A stretch of 50,803 bases of DNA, taken from assembly GCF_026626585.1 (NCBI RefSeq), contig NZ_JAPNKD010000018.1, positions 267,718 to 318,520 on the forward strand, read 5' to 3'. The translations under genes and the position numbers were made by a program. The notes under the pieces were generated by a model. The model was not told the DNA's origin, searched no databases, and saw only the letters and a list, made by a program, of their open reading frames with translations. Source of the DNA: Nannocystis sp. ILAH1 (lineage in GTDB: Bacteria > Myxococcota_A > Polyangia > Nannocystales > Nannocystaceae). Shown one piece after another: positions 8,614 to 18,889 of this stretch (within the stretch, counting starts at the first letter, position 1; each line of letters opens with the position of its first letter).

Positions 8614-9699
8614 TCACCCGAGGCTGACGCGGACCGGCGGGGCAAAGGCGGGCGGGCGATCGCTGACTGCGGCGCCGTGCACCGCGGCCTGGTAGCGGTC
8701 GCCGAACATCGCGTACGGGGTGGTGACGGGCGGCGCGCTGGCCTCGTCGAGGCGACGCAGGAGCTCGGGCGGGATCTGGAGGTCGAGCGCGCCGAGGTTG
8801 TCCTCGAGCTGCTCCGGCCGCGTGGCGCCGAGGATCACCGAGGTGACGCCCGGACGCGTGAGCACCCACTGCAGCGCGACCTGGGCCATGCTGCGCCCGA
8901 GCTCGCCGGCGACTGCCTCGAGCGCGCCGACGATCTGCCAGTTGCGCTCGGTGAAGAGGCTGAGCGACTTGCCGGTGCCGGTGCTGAGCCGGCCGCTGCC
9001 GCCGTCGCTGTTGGGGCGGTATTTGCCCGACAGGAGGCCGCTGGCGAGCGGACTCCAGGCGGTGATGCCCATGCCGAGGTTGGTGGCGAGCGAGGTGAAC
9101 TCGGCCTCGATGCCGCGCTCGACCAGCGAGTACTGCAGCTGCAGGTTGACGATCGGCGCGAGGGCATGAGCCTCGGCGTAGGTATGGGCCCGCGCGGCGT
9201 ACCAGGCGGGGACGTCGGACAGGCCGGCGTAGCGGATCTTGCCGGCGCGCACGAGGTCGTCGAAGGCGCGCACGACCTCCTCGGCGGGGGTGATCCGGTC
9301 CCAGGTGTGGAGCAGGTAGAGATCGAGGTAGTCGGTCCGCAGGCGCTTCAGCGAGGCCTCGAGCGCGCGGATCATGTTCTTGCGGCCGTTGCCGCCGGCG
9401 TTGGGGTCGCGCTCGGCGAGGTTGTAGCTGTACTTGCTGGTGAGCACGAGGCGATCGCGGTTGCCGTCGGCGATGAACTCGCCCAGCAGCGACTCGCTGG
9501 TGCCGCGGGTGTACAGGTCGGCGGTGTCGATGAAGTTGCCGCCGGCCGCGAGGTAGCGGTCGAACACGGCGCGCGCGGCCTGCTTGCTCGAGCCCCAGGC
9601 GCCGTACGGGCCGTCGGTGCCGAAGGTCAAGGTGCCGAGCGCGAACGGGCTGACCCGCAGGCCGGAGCGGCCGAGCAGGTAGTACTGATCGAGAGACAT
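8614..9699 (-). CDS. aldo/keto reductase family oxidoreductase
   Basis: ORF 8614..9699. AKR signatures are present (FIDTADLYTRGTSE, LDLYLLHTWD, ITAWSPLASGLLSGKY, VILGATRPEQLEDN). An AGGAG RBS lies 10 nt upstream. Confidence 0.9.
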   Translation of the reverse strand: MSLDQYYLLGRSGLRVSPFALGTLTFGTDGPYGAWGSSKQAARAVFDRYLAAGGNFIDTADLYTRGTSESLLGEFIADGNRDRLVLTSKYSYNLAERDPNAGGNGRKNMIRALEASLKRLRTDYLDLYLLHTWDRITPAEEVVRAFDDLVRAGKIRYAGLSDVPAWYAARAHTYAEAHALAPIVNLQLQYSLVERGIEAEFTSLATNLGMGITAWSPLASGLLSGKYRPNSDGGSGRLSTGTGKSLSLFTERNWQIVGALEAVAGELGRSMAQVALQWVLTRPGVTSVILGATRPEQLEDNLGALDLQIPPELLRRLDEASAPPVTTPYAMFGDRYQAAVHGAAVSDRPPAFAPPVRVSLG

Positions 9700-9713
9700 G
9701 GCGAATCACTCCT

Positions 9714-9906
9714 GTCGACGACGGCCGCCCCGGGCGGCGCGTCGCGGACTGTCACGATGGGTTGTGGACGATGCGGTCGACGACGGCCGCTCGTGCGGTG
9801 CGTCGCGGGCTGTCACGAGCGGTGAGTTGGGAACGGTGCAGTCGACGACGGCCGCTCACGCGGTGCGTCGCAGGTTGCCACGGGCGATAGGTTGTGGACT
9901 ATGTAG
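9714..9906. repeat. 3 x ~64-bp direct tandem repeat
   Basis: The copies are 9714-9775, 9776-9840 and 9841-9906. Each begins GTCGACGACGGCCGC and contains GCGTCGCGGRCTGTCACGA and GGTTGTGGAC. The array sits between the TetR stop (9907) and the AKR start (9699). Confidence 0.8.
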
Positions 9907-10509
9907 TCAAGAACTGGTGGAGGGCGGCGCGGCCCGGAGGGCGGCGATGGCGAAGCCGGCGACGGCCCGCAGGGCCTCGGGCGCGGCGCCCGTGCGGGCG
10001 CTGACCCGCAGGCCCTGCAAGGTGGAGAGGAGGAAGCGGCCGGCGCTGCGCTCGTCGACGTGCGCGCCGACCTCGCCGCGGCGCTTGGCCTCGGCGACCA
10101 TGCGCTCGAAGGCGGCCTCGCACAGGGCGGTGGCGCTGCGGGCCAGGGTCACGACCTCGGGGTCGCGCCCGGCCATCTCGATGATCGACTGGATGCCGAA
10201 ACAGCCGCGCGACCGCCCCTCGGCGGTGTCTCCGGCCACGCCGAGCAGGATGTCCTCGATCGCGCCCAGCGGCGAGGCGACGGCTCGTAGCCGCTCCAGC
10301 AGGTCGGCGCCCTGACGCGCCTGGTAGCGCTCCAGCGCGGCGAGGTAGAGGCCGTGCTTGTCGCCGAAGGCGGCGTACATGCTCTGGCGCCCGATCCCCA
10401 TGGCCTGGAGGAGCTGCTCGGTCGAGGTGCCGTCGAAGCCGTGCTCCCAGAACACGGCCATGGCCCGCTCGATGGCCTCGTCTCGATCGAACTCGCGTGG
10501 CCGGGGCAT
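9907..10509 (-). CDS. TetR/AcrR family transcriptional regulator
   Basis: Lower part of ORF 9907..10752. ATG 10509 (MPRPREFDRDEAIERAMAVFWEHGFDGTSTEQLLQAMGIGRQSMYAAFGDKHGLY) gives a TetR HTH domain. The upstream part of the track ORF runs through the repeat array and is not coding. Confidence 0.88.
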   Translation of the reverse strand: MPRPREFDRDEAIERAMAVFWEHGFDGTSTEQLLQAMGIGRQSMYAAFGDKHGLYLAALERYQARQGADLLERLRAVASPLGAIEDILLGVAGDTAEGRSRGCFGIQSIIEMAGRDPEVVTLARSATALCEAAFERMVAEAKRRGEVGAHVDERSAGRFLLSTLQGLRVSARTGAAPEALRAVAGFAIAALRAAPPSTSS

Positions 10510-10529
10510 GGCTGGAAAGCTAAGCGTTC

Positions 10530-10545
10530 TTGACTGCGCTGTCAA
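10530..10545. promoter_or_regulatory. imperfect palindrome TTGACTGCGCTGTCAA, putative TetR operator overlapping a -35-like TTGAC
   Basis: It lies 21 bp upstream of the TetR start codon in the divergent region. It is palindromic around GCGC except for one position per half-site. Confidence 0.4.
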
Positions 10546-10689
10546 AATTAAATGTGAGGGATGCGTGAATGGCGCGGAGGTCTGGAGGCCGCCATACGCA
10601 GGCGTCCACGCGTGGACGGCGGGGTGGCTCGAGCGAGGGACGTTGACGCGTCGAATCTTCGGGGCCTGCGCTGCGAAGCACGGCGATGG

Positions 10690-10741
10690 CGGGCATGTCC
10701 TCTCGAACATGTTCTCATGGACATGCTCGATCGGGCATGTC
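10690..10741 (+). repeat. array 3 of the GGRCATGYY repeat family (4-5 units)
   Basis: CATG cores at 10694, 10708, 10722 and 10736 (14-bp phase), plus an off-phase core at 10716. Confidence 0.65.
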
Positions 10742-10776
10742 CCCGAGGACAAGCTCGAGCGGAGGGGCGGGGCCAG

Positions 10777-12123
10777 TCAGCGGCCGCTGGAGACCGGGCG
10801 GAACGAATCGACGAAGCGGCGCAGCTCGTCGGCGCGCTCGCGGGCCTGCGCTCGCGGGACTTCGCCGACGATCACGCAGGTGGCGTCGGCGACGGTGACG
10901 ACGCGGACGAGGCCGTGGGCATTGTCGGTGGTGAGGGTGCCCTCGAGGCCGGCGGTGCCCTCGACGTCGAGCGCACGCACGCCCTGGAGGCGCATGGTGT
11001 CGGCGATCCCGCGCAGCTCGTCGGCGGGCGTGCGGCCGGCGATCGGCCTGGCGCGCGCGCTGCAGGTGACGAGCCGCGAGAGGTCGCCGGGCTGCTTGAG
11101 CGCGAGCATGCGGGTGGTCATGGCCACGCCGTCGGCGGTGGTGAAGCTCTGGCGCTGCGCGTTGGGCCGCCGGGGGAAGACGGCAGAGAAGCCGACGTCG
11201 GGGAAGGCCCAGCGGACCTGCGAGCCCTCGCGCCCGACCTCGACCGGCTGGAGCGCCCCGGCCGCGACCGCGGCGAGCACGGCCTCCTGCTGCTCGAGGT
11301 GCTCGCGGAGCTCTTCGGCGAGCGCGTCGACGCGCGGGTGGGGCTCGCGATCGGGGGCGAAGGCGGTGCGCAGGGCGGCGAGCTCGGCGGGGGGGACGTC
11401 GACTGCGGCGAGGCGATCGGCGAGGTCGAGGATCCGGTCGCGCTCCTCGGGGAGGAACCACGGAGCGAGGAGGTCGCCGAGCGGGCCGAAGGTGGCGACC
11501 GCGACAGCGGGATCGATGGTGTCCGGGAGGGAGAGGGCGCTGGCGAGGACGTCGTGGACGCCGCGCGCGAGGTGAAAGCGGGCCTCGACGAAGGTGCGGC
11601 GAGAGGCGTCGTCACTTGTGAGCCGGTCGATGCGAAGGGCGGACTCTTTGAAAAAGGCCGCGGCGACGGCGAGGTACTCGTGTCCGTATTCGCCGCGCGT
11701 GAGGGCCCGGGCGGCGTAGAGCTGAAGGATGTCGGCGAGGGCCAGGTGCAATGCGGTGAGCTCGTCGGGGCCGGTGGTGCTCCGGACGGCGGCCTCGATG
11801 CCGTCGAGGGCGACGAGGCGCCGGAGCCATTCGCCGTCGGGTCCGTCGAGCCGCGGCAGCAGCTCGGGGCGCTCGCGCTCGAGGCGGACGAAGGCGTCGC
11901 GGACTTTTTGATAGTCCTGCGCGGTCCAGGGGGCGTCGGCGGGCGGGAGGTCGTAGGTCCGCCGCAGCTCGCTCGTCGGCTTGTCCTGCGGGGCGTCGAC
12001 GCTGGCAGGAGCCGTGGTCTCGGTGCTGCGTCGGCAGGCCGCGAGGAGGACGAGGAGGAGCACCAGGCTTCGACCCGTGCCTTGCGAGCGACGGCGCGGC
12101 GCGAACGGGTTCGAAGCGAACAT
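10777..12123 (-). CDS. lipoprotein, function unknown
   Basis: Lower part of track ORF 10777..13752, whose upper part overlaps typA in another frame and is rejected. ATG 12123 gives MFASNPFAPRRRSQGTGRSLVLLLVLLAAC (lipobox LLAAC). About 448 aa. Confidence 0.75.
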   Translation of the reverse strand: MFASNPFAPRRRSQGTGRSLVLLLVLLAACRRSTETTAPASVDAPQDKPTSELRRTYDLPPADAPWTAQDYQKVRDAFVRLERERPELLPRLDGPDGEWLRRLVALDGIEAAVRSTTGPDELTALHLALADILQLYAARALTRGEYGHEYLAVAAAFFKESALRIDRLTSDDASRRTFVEARFHLARGVHDVLASALSLPDTIDPAVAVATFGPLGDLLAPWFLPEERDRILDLADRLAAVDVPPAELAALRTAFAPDREPHPRVDALAEELREHLEQQEAVLAAVAAGALQPVEVGREGSQVRWAFPDVGFSAVFPRRPNAQRQSFTTADGVAMTTRMLALKQPGDLSRLVTCSARARPIAGRTPADELRGIADTMRLQGVRALDVEGTAGLEGTLTTDNAHGLVRVVTVADATCVIVGEVPRAQARERADELRRFVDSFRPVSSGR

Positions 12124-12442
12124 CTGCGATGGACGATACAACGGCCGGGACGGAGGCGCACGGACGAGGCCGCGGGTCGCGGGAGGGGGCCGGACGCGGC
12201 GAATCCGGGCGCTCGCGGGGCCGACGAATCGGACGCGCTTCCGGGGCGGCAAGGTCGGCCGACATGGCGCGAGGAGCATCGGAAGGCGGCGCTCCGGCCC
12301 GCGCGGCCGGGCTGTCGAGGAGCGCTGGTGAGGCGTGGTGCTTCGCTGCGATGACGCCGTCGCTCGCTGCACGAAGAACCCGCGGCGACTTCCGGAGAGG
12401 CGCGGTGCTTCGCTGCGATGGGGTCGGCGTCGCACGCATCGC

Positions 12443-12481
12443 AAAGAAAAAGCGCGACCCCCTTTTTCAAAGGGGCCGCGC
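12443..12481 (-). terminator. rho-independent terminator downstream of typA
   Basis: On the minus strand this reads GCGCGGCCCC-tttgaaaaa-GGGGGTCGCGC followed by TTTTTCTTT. It lies 30 bp below the typA stop. Confidence 0.75.
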
Positions 12482-12509
12482 TTCGTCGCAGGCGAGGCTC
12501 GAGGTCGGC

Positions 12510-14375
<1,866 letters not shown>

Positions 14376-14477
14376 AGACGCCGTTTTGGGCGGCGGCGGG
14401 AAGTAAACCCGGCGGCGCTGCGCTGGCAAGTCGCGCCGATGTGAGCGGCGCGGGCTTATTTTCGGGCGACAGGACGG

Positions 14478-14795
14478 TCACAGGAGTGAATCGGGGGCGA
14501 ACAGGGGTCGGTTCGGTCGCCGCGCAGCCGCGAAAGCGGCCGTCCTCCGGCGATCGGCGTCGATCTGGGCCCGCATGACCGCCCATAGGTGCGGCTCGGC
14601 CCCGGTCGCGCCCAGGCAGTCGCGGGGATCGCGCGGAGGCACCGGGGCGGGCAGATCCGGCCCGCTCGGCTCGGGCGGCGCGCGCTCCGGCTCGGGCTCG
14701 GGCCGCGGCGCCACGTCCGGCAGCCCAGGGTCGTCCGGAGACGGTAGTTCACGGACCGGCGTGGGGGTGATCCGCAGTCGGCGACGGCGTTGCAT
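14478..14795 (-). CDS. hypothetical proline-rich small protein
   Basis: Part of ORF 14478..14822, with ATG at 14795 (MQRRRRLRITP...). A locally AT-rich stretch (14820-14900) lies just upstream, as expected of a promoter. There is no homology, and high-GC ORFs of this size are often spurious. Confidence 0.25.
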   Translation of the reverse strand: MQRRRRLRITPTPVRELPSPDDPGLPDVAPRPEPEPERAPPEPSGPDLPAPVPPRDPRDCLGATGAEPHLWAVMRAQIDADRRRTAAFAAARRPNRPLFAPDSLL

Positions 14796-15163
14796 GGGAT
14801 CGGATTTGTACTGAACACCCAATCAGTGTCCAGCGATCACCGAGGCTGCCCTGAACTCTTGATCAGAGGGAGACAAACTAAATCGCGCGGCGCAAAACTG
14901 CGCGGACGAGCAGATAAGCCCCTGTAGCGGCCCGTGGGCCGTTTCGGGGCCGGGGCGGAGACGCGCGTGCAACGGCGCGACCGGCGGGGCGCGGCAGCGC
15001 GCCGAGCTGGTCTTCGGGACAGGGAGATCGCCTCGTAGGGCGTTGCGGCCGCCGGGTCAGGGGCGCAGGGTTACGCGAATGGAAGCGCGGGCCGCCGCGG
15101 CTCAGCGGGCGAGCTGACGAAAGCGATGGGCGGCGCGAGCGTCGGGCCCGCTAGCAGCGCTCG

Positions 15164-15700
15164 ATGGCGATGAACAGGGTTCGGACAGGGGTGGTGGTGG
15201 CGGCGGCCTGGGCGGTGCCGGGCTGCGGCGACGACGGGCGGGGGATACCGGGGCGACTGGTTCGGCGAGCAGCCCGGCAACGCCGTCCGCGACGGCGACT
15301 ACAGCAGCGCCGACCTCGGAGCCGGGACGGTCGACTCGCTCTACACCTTCGACGCCCGGGTCAGCGCGAGCGCGCCGGTCAGCCCGGTGCACAACCTGGT
15401 GGCGCTGCTCGGGGGCGAGCTGTACCGGTTCGACGTGGTCACCCACGAGGCCGAGTTCGTGGTCGACTTGATGGCGGACGTCACGGGCCTCAGCCAGGAC
15501 GCGACGGCCACGTGTACGCGAGCCTGTCGACGCTCGAGGTGGTGCGGGTCCACCCGTTCACCGGCGCGGCCTGGTCGTTCGAGACCATGCCGGCGAAGGG
15601 TCGCGTGGCGGTCAGCCCGAGCGGGGCGCTGTGGTTCACGCGGGTGGAGTACCTGAACGTCGGGGCGCTGCAGTCGTGGCCGCTGCCGACCGGGCTGTGA
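15164..15700 (+). pseudogene. probable secreted or lipoprotein gene read in two pieces (two compensating frameshifts)
   Basis: The N-terminus MAMNRVRTGVVVAAAWAVPGCGDDG is signal-peptide-like, in frame 2 from 15164. Near 15240 the protein-like reading switches to the frame of track ORF 15387..15656 (...DGDYSSADLGAGTVDSLYTFDARVSASAPVSPVHNLVALLGGELYRFDVVTHEAEFVVDLMADVTGLSQDATAT). Near 15505 it returns to frame 2 (VYASLSTLEVVRVHPFTGAAWSFETMPAKGRVAVSPSGALWFTRVEYLNVGALQSWPLPTGL*). Between the junctions frame 2 reads only Arg-rich noise. Confidence 0.45.
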
Positions 15701-15712
15701 CGGGTGGGCGCT

Positions 15713-15781
15713 CGGGCATGTCGTGGAGGACATGTCCCGGCGGCAAGGTGCTTTGGGACATGTCGCGGAGGACATGTCCCC
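15713..15781 (+). repeat. array 4 of the GGRCATGYY repeat family (4 units, 14-bp phase)
   Basis: CATG cores at 15717, 15731, 15759 and 15773 (gggcatgtcg, gaggacatgtccc, gggacatgtcg, gaggacatgtccc). It lies in the convergent intergenic region 15701..15790. Confidence 0.7.
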
Positions 15782-15790
15782 CACGCCCTG

Positions 15791-16411
15791 TCAGGGCCGG
15801 CGGACGGTGGCGTTGGCCTTGAGGCCGCGGCCGACCAGGTACTGCTCGGTGCTGGTGGTGCGCGAGTTCTTGGCGTGGTAGGGGCGCGCCTCCTGGAAGG
15901 TGGCGCGGAAGCGCTTGAGCAGCTCGCCGAAGCCGCCGCCCTGGAACACCTTGGCGACGCAGTGGCCGCCGGGGCGCAAAACCATGCAGGCGATGTCGAG
16001 GGCGCGCTCGGCCAGGCCCTCGCTGCGGACGACGTCGGTGTGGCGGTCCCCGGTGGTGTGCGGGGCCATGTCGCTGAGGACGACGTCGAACGGCTGCAGC
16101 TCGGGGGCGGGGGTCCACTCGAACACGTCGGCGACGCGGTGCTCGACGTGCGCGGGGAAGCTGAGGACGACCGGCTTGAGGTCGATGCCGAGGACGTAGC
16201 CGGTCTCGGTCACGCGGTCGCCGGCGTACTGGATCCACGAGCCGGGCCAGCAGCCGAGGTCGAGCACCCGCGCGCCCTGGCGCAGGATGTGGAACCGCTT
16301 GTCGATCTCCTCGAGCTTGTAGACCGCGCGCGCGGCGTAGTTCTCTTGCTTGGCGCGCAGGTAGGCGGCGTCGTTGCGGTGGGCCTTGTCGCTGAGGCGG
16401 TGGCGGGTCAT
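15791..16411 (-). CDS. rlmE: 23S rRNA (uridine-2'-O)-methyltransferase RlmE/FtsJ
   Basis: ORF 15791..16411. RlmE motifs are present: ARAVYKLEEID, VLDLGCWPGSWIQY and VVLSDMAP. Confidence 0.9.
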   Translation of the reverse strand: MTRHRLSDKAHRNDAAYLRAKQENYAARAVYKLEEIDKRFHILRQGARVLDLGCWPGSWIQYAGDRVTETGYVLGIDLKPVVLSFPAHVEHRVADVFEWTPAPELQPFDVVLSDMAPHTTGDRHTDVVRSEGLAERALDIACMVLRPGGHCVAKVFQGGGFGELLKRFRATFQEARPYHAKNSRTTSTEQYLVGRGLKANATVRRP

Positions 16412-16508
16412 GACGTGGGGCTTAAGCAGCCGAGCCGGCGCGTGGCCGGCTCGAAGGATGTGGCTCCAAGAGCCTGTCCCGAAGGACAGGGCCTTCGGAA
16501 CCGGGGTT

Positions 16509-17180
16509 TCAGCCCTTGTTGTTGCCGGCCTTGATGGCGGGCTTGACGGCGGCGCGGATGGTCACGAAGCCGTTGTTGGGGCCGGGGATCGGGCCGCGCA
16601 CCAGGACCAGGCCGCGCTCGGCGTCGATCTTGACGACCTCGAGGTTCTGCAGGGTGACGCGCTCGTGGCCCATGTGGCCGGTCATGCGCTTGCCGCGGTG
16701 GACGCGGCCGGGGGTCTTGCGGCAGCCGATCGAACCGCCGTGGCGGAAGAACTCGTGCTGGCCGTGGCTGTTCTTCTCGCCCTCCATGTTGTGGCGCTTG
16801 ATGACGCCCTGGTAGCCCTTGCCCTTGGAGGTGCCGGTGATGTCGACGCGGGTGCCCTCCTTGAACAGGTCGGCGCCGAGCTGGCTGCCGACCGGGTGGG
16901 CGGCGAGCGCCGCGGCGGGGACGCGGAACTCCTTGTGGACGTAGAAGGTGCCGACCTTGGCGGCCTCGGCGGCGCCCTTCTCGGGCTTGCTGGCGCGGTT
17001 GGCCTTCTTCTCGGCGAAGCCGACCTGCAGGGCGGTGTACGTGTCGCGCTCGTCGGTACGGTGAGCGGTGACGGTGTTGCCGGTGACGTGCAGGACGGTG
17101 ACGGGGACGCGGTCGCCCTCGTCCTTGAACACCTGCGTCATTCCAAGCTTTTTGGCGATGAGACCGATCTGGAAATTCAT
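16509..17180 (-). CDS. rplC: 50S ribosomal protein L3
   Basis: ORF 16509..17180. The sequence is a canonical L3: MNFQIGLIAKKLGMTQVF...GTSKGKGYQGVIKRHN...GHMGHERVTLQNLEVVKIDAERGLVLVRGPIPG. A GGAG motif lies upstream. Confidence 0.92.
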   Translation of the reverse strand: MNFQIGLIAKKLGMTQVFKDEGDRVPVTVLHVTGNTVTAHRTDERDTYTALQVGFAEKKANRASKPEKGAAEAAKVGTFYVHKEFRVPAAALAAHPVGSQLGADLFKEGTRVDITGTSKGKGYQGVIKRHNMEGEKNSHGQHEFFRHGGSIGCRKTPGRVHRGKRMTGHMGHERVTLQNLEVVKIDAERGLVLVRGPIPGPNNGFVTIRAAVKPAIKAGNNKG

Positions 17181-17323
17181 GTGGCTCCGGAGGTCTGCAG
17201 CGCGGCTTCCTTCACGTTGGAATCAGCGAAGAGCGAGGCGCCGCAGGGACGGGGAAGGTGCCCGCGATCGCGCCGGGCGTCAACCTGCGTACGCGCCGGG
17301 GAGGGGGCGGCGGCGGATTTGCC

Positions 17324-18142
17324 TCACGCGCTGGCGGGGGCGGGCAGGCGGAAGAAGGCGCGGGCGTTGGCCCCGGCCTGCACTGCCAGAGCGGCCGGAT
17401 CTTCGCGCCGGACGCCGGCGAGGTGCGCGCAGGTGAAGGCGACGTTGGCCGGCTCGTTCTTGCGGCCGCGCACGGGCACCGGGGCGAGGTAGGGGGCGTC
17501 GGTCTCGAGCAGCAGGCGATCGGCGGGGCACAGGCGGGCCGCGTCGCGCAGGCCCTCGGCCTGGGGGAAGGTGGCGATGCCGGAGAAGGACAGGAGGTAG
17601 CCGCGCTGAAGCCACTGCTCGGCCTCGGCGGGGGTGCCGGTGAAGCAGTGGACGACGCCGCCGCGCGGGAGGGCCGGGGCGTCGTCGAGGATGGCGAGGG
17701 CGTCGGCGTGGGCGTCGCGGATGTGCAGGACCAGCGGCTTGTCGAGGTCGCGGGCGATCTCACGGTGGGCGGCCAGCGCGCGTTTCTGCGCTTCGGGGGT
17801 GCTGTTGTTGTAGTGGTAGTCGAGGCCGGTCTCGCCGACGGCGACGACCTTGGCGTCGCGGGCGAGGGCGGCGATCTCGGCCAGGGCGGCCTCGTCGGCC
17901 TCTTTGGCGTCGTGCGGGTGGATGCCGACGGCGGCGAACAGGTGGGCGTGCGGGGCGACCAGGGCGACGGCCCGCGGGGCGCTGGCACGCGAGCAGCCGA
18001 CGTGGATCATCTGCACGACGCCGGCGTCGGCGGCCCGCTGCAAGGTGGCGGCGAGGTCGTCGATCATCGGCGGGTAGTCGAGGTGGCAGTGGGTGTCGAC
18101 GAGGCCAGGGAAACGGGGCGGACGCTGCGCGGGCATGGTCAA
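17324..18142 (-). CDS. tatD: TatD family hydrolase
   Basis: ORF 17324..18142. TatD motifs are present: LVDTHCHLDY, GIHPHDA, GETGLDYHY and LLETDAPYL. Confidence 0.9.
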   Translation of the reverse strand: MTMPAQRPPRFPGLVDTHCHLDYPPMIDDLAATLQRAADAGVVQMIHVGCSRASAPRAVALVAPHAHLFAAVGIHPHDAKEADEAALAEIAALARDAKVVAVGETGLDYHYNNSTPEAQKRALAAHREIARDLDKPLVLHIRDAHADALAILDDAPALPRGGVVHCFTGTPAEAEQWLQRGYLLSFSGIATFPQAEGLRDAARLCPADRLLLETDAPYLAPVPVRGRKNEPANVAFTCAHLAGVRREDPAALAVQAGANARAFFRLPAPASA

Positions 18143-18801
18143 GGGTTCATGGCGAAGATGAGGAAGTACTGGTGCGGGAGGAAGTCCTCCTCGCGCTCGA
18201 GGGCGAAGCCGGCCTGGGCGAGCTCGGCGACGATGGCGTCGCGCGAGAGCCTGTACTTCGGGTCAGGTGCGAACTTCTCCGGCGGCTGAGCGTCGGGCCG
18301 GAAGTCGACGATAGCGAGGCGACCGCCGGGCTTGAGCGCCTGGTGGACTTTCTTGAAGTAGCGCACGCGGTCGCGCAGATAGGCGTAGGTGTTGGCGACG
18401 AACACCAGGTCGATGGCCTTCTCGGGCAGCGCCGGGTCGTCGTAGAAAGCGAGGTGCGGCTGGATGTTGGGGGTGCCCCAGCTCTCGCGCTGCGACTCGA
18501 TGTGGGACCGGAACTCGTCGTCGATGTCGACGGCGTAGACGGTGCCGGTCGGGACCTGCTGGGCCAGCCGGCGCGAGAAGTAGCCGGAGCCGGCGCCGAT
18601 GTCGGCGATCACTGCGCCCTTGTCGGGGATCGGGAGGGCGCGGACGATCCGGTCGGGCATCTCCCACGACTCGCGCCCCTCGCTCTCCATGGTGGCGATC
18701 GCCGCCTTGGGGTCGTCGTAGTCCATGTCGGCGACGACCTCGCGCTTGCGACACCCGACGGCAGCGACCACGAGCACGGCGGCGAGGAGGGGGCGGTACA
18801 T
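18139..18801 (-). CDS. class I SAM-dependent methyltransferase, predicted lipoprotein
   Basis: ORF 18139..18801. Signal MYRPLLAAVLVVAAVGC. A VIADIGAGSGYF SAM-binding motif I is present. Its stop overlaps the tatD start (ATGA). Confidence 0.85.
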   Translation of the reverse strand: MYRPLLAAVLVVAAVGCRKREVVADMDYDDPKAAIATMESEGRESWEMPDRIVRALPIPDKGAVIADIGAGSGYFSRRLAQQVPTGTVYAVDIDDEFRSHIESQRESWGTPNIQPHLAFYDDPALPEKAIDLVFVANTYAYLRDRVRYFKKVHQALKPGGRLAIVDFRPDAQPPEKFAPDPKYRLSRDAIVAELAQAGFALEREEDFLPHQYFLIFAMNP

Positions 18802-18889
18802 GTCCGTCAGCTTACGCGCGAGCCCGGCCCCGCGGGAAGTGCCCGAGGCCAGTTCGAGGACGGCCCGAGTCGGCTACACTCCGCGGCCG

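Noticed and set aside
12095-12123. tRNA-like GGTTCGAAG T-loop motif
   Set aside because: It lies inside the coding N-terminus of the lipoprotein (MFASNPFAP) and has no cloverleaf context. No tRNA could be supported anywhere by eye.
14822-15160. Possible small RNA or extra gene in the long typA-upstream gap
   Set aside because: There is a locally AT-rich promoter-like stretch at 14820-14900, but there is no convincing structure or conserved ncRNA motif such as SRP, RNase P or tmRNA. The ORFs here (15071..15280 and 15102..15446, both minus) are low complexity.
15713-15781. Match of GGGCATGTCC / GGACATGTCC to the p53 response-element half-site RRRCWWGYYY
   Set aside because: This is a coincidental resemblance with no biological basis in bacteria. 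It is noted only as a description of the motif.
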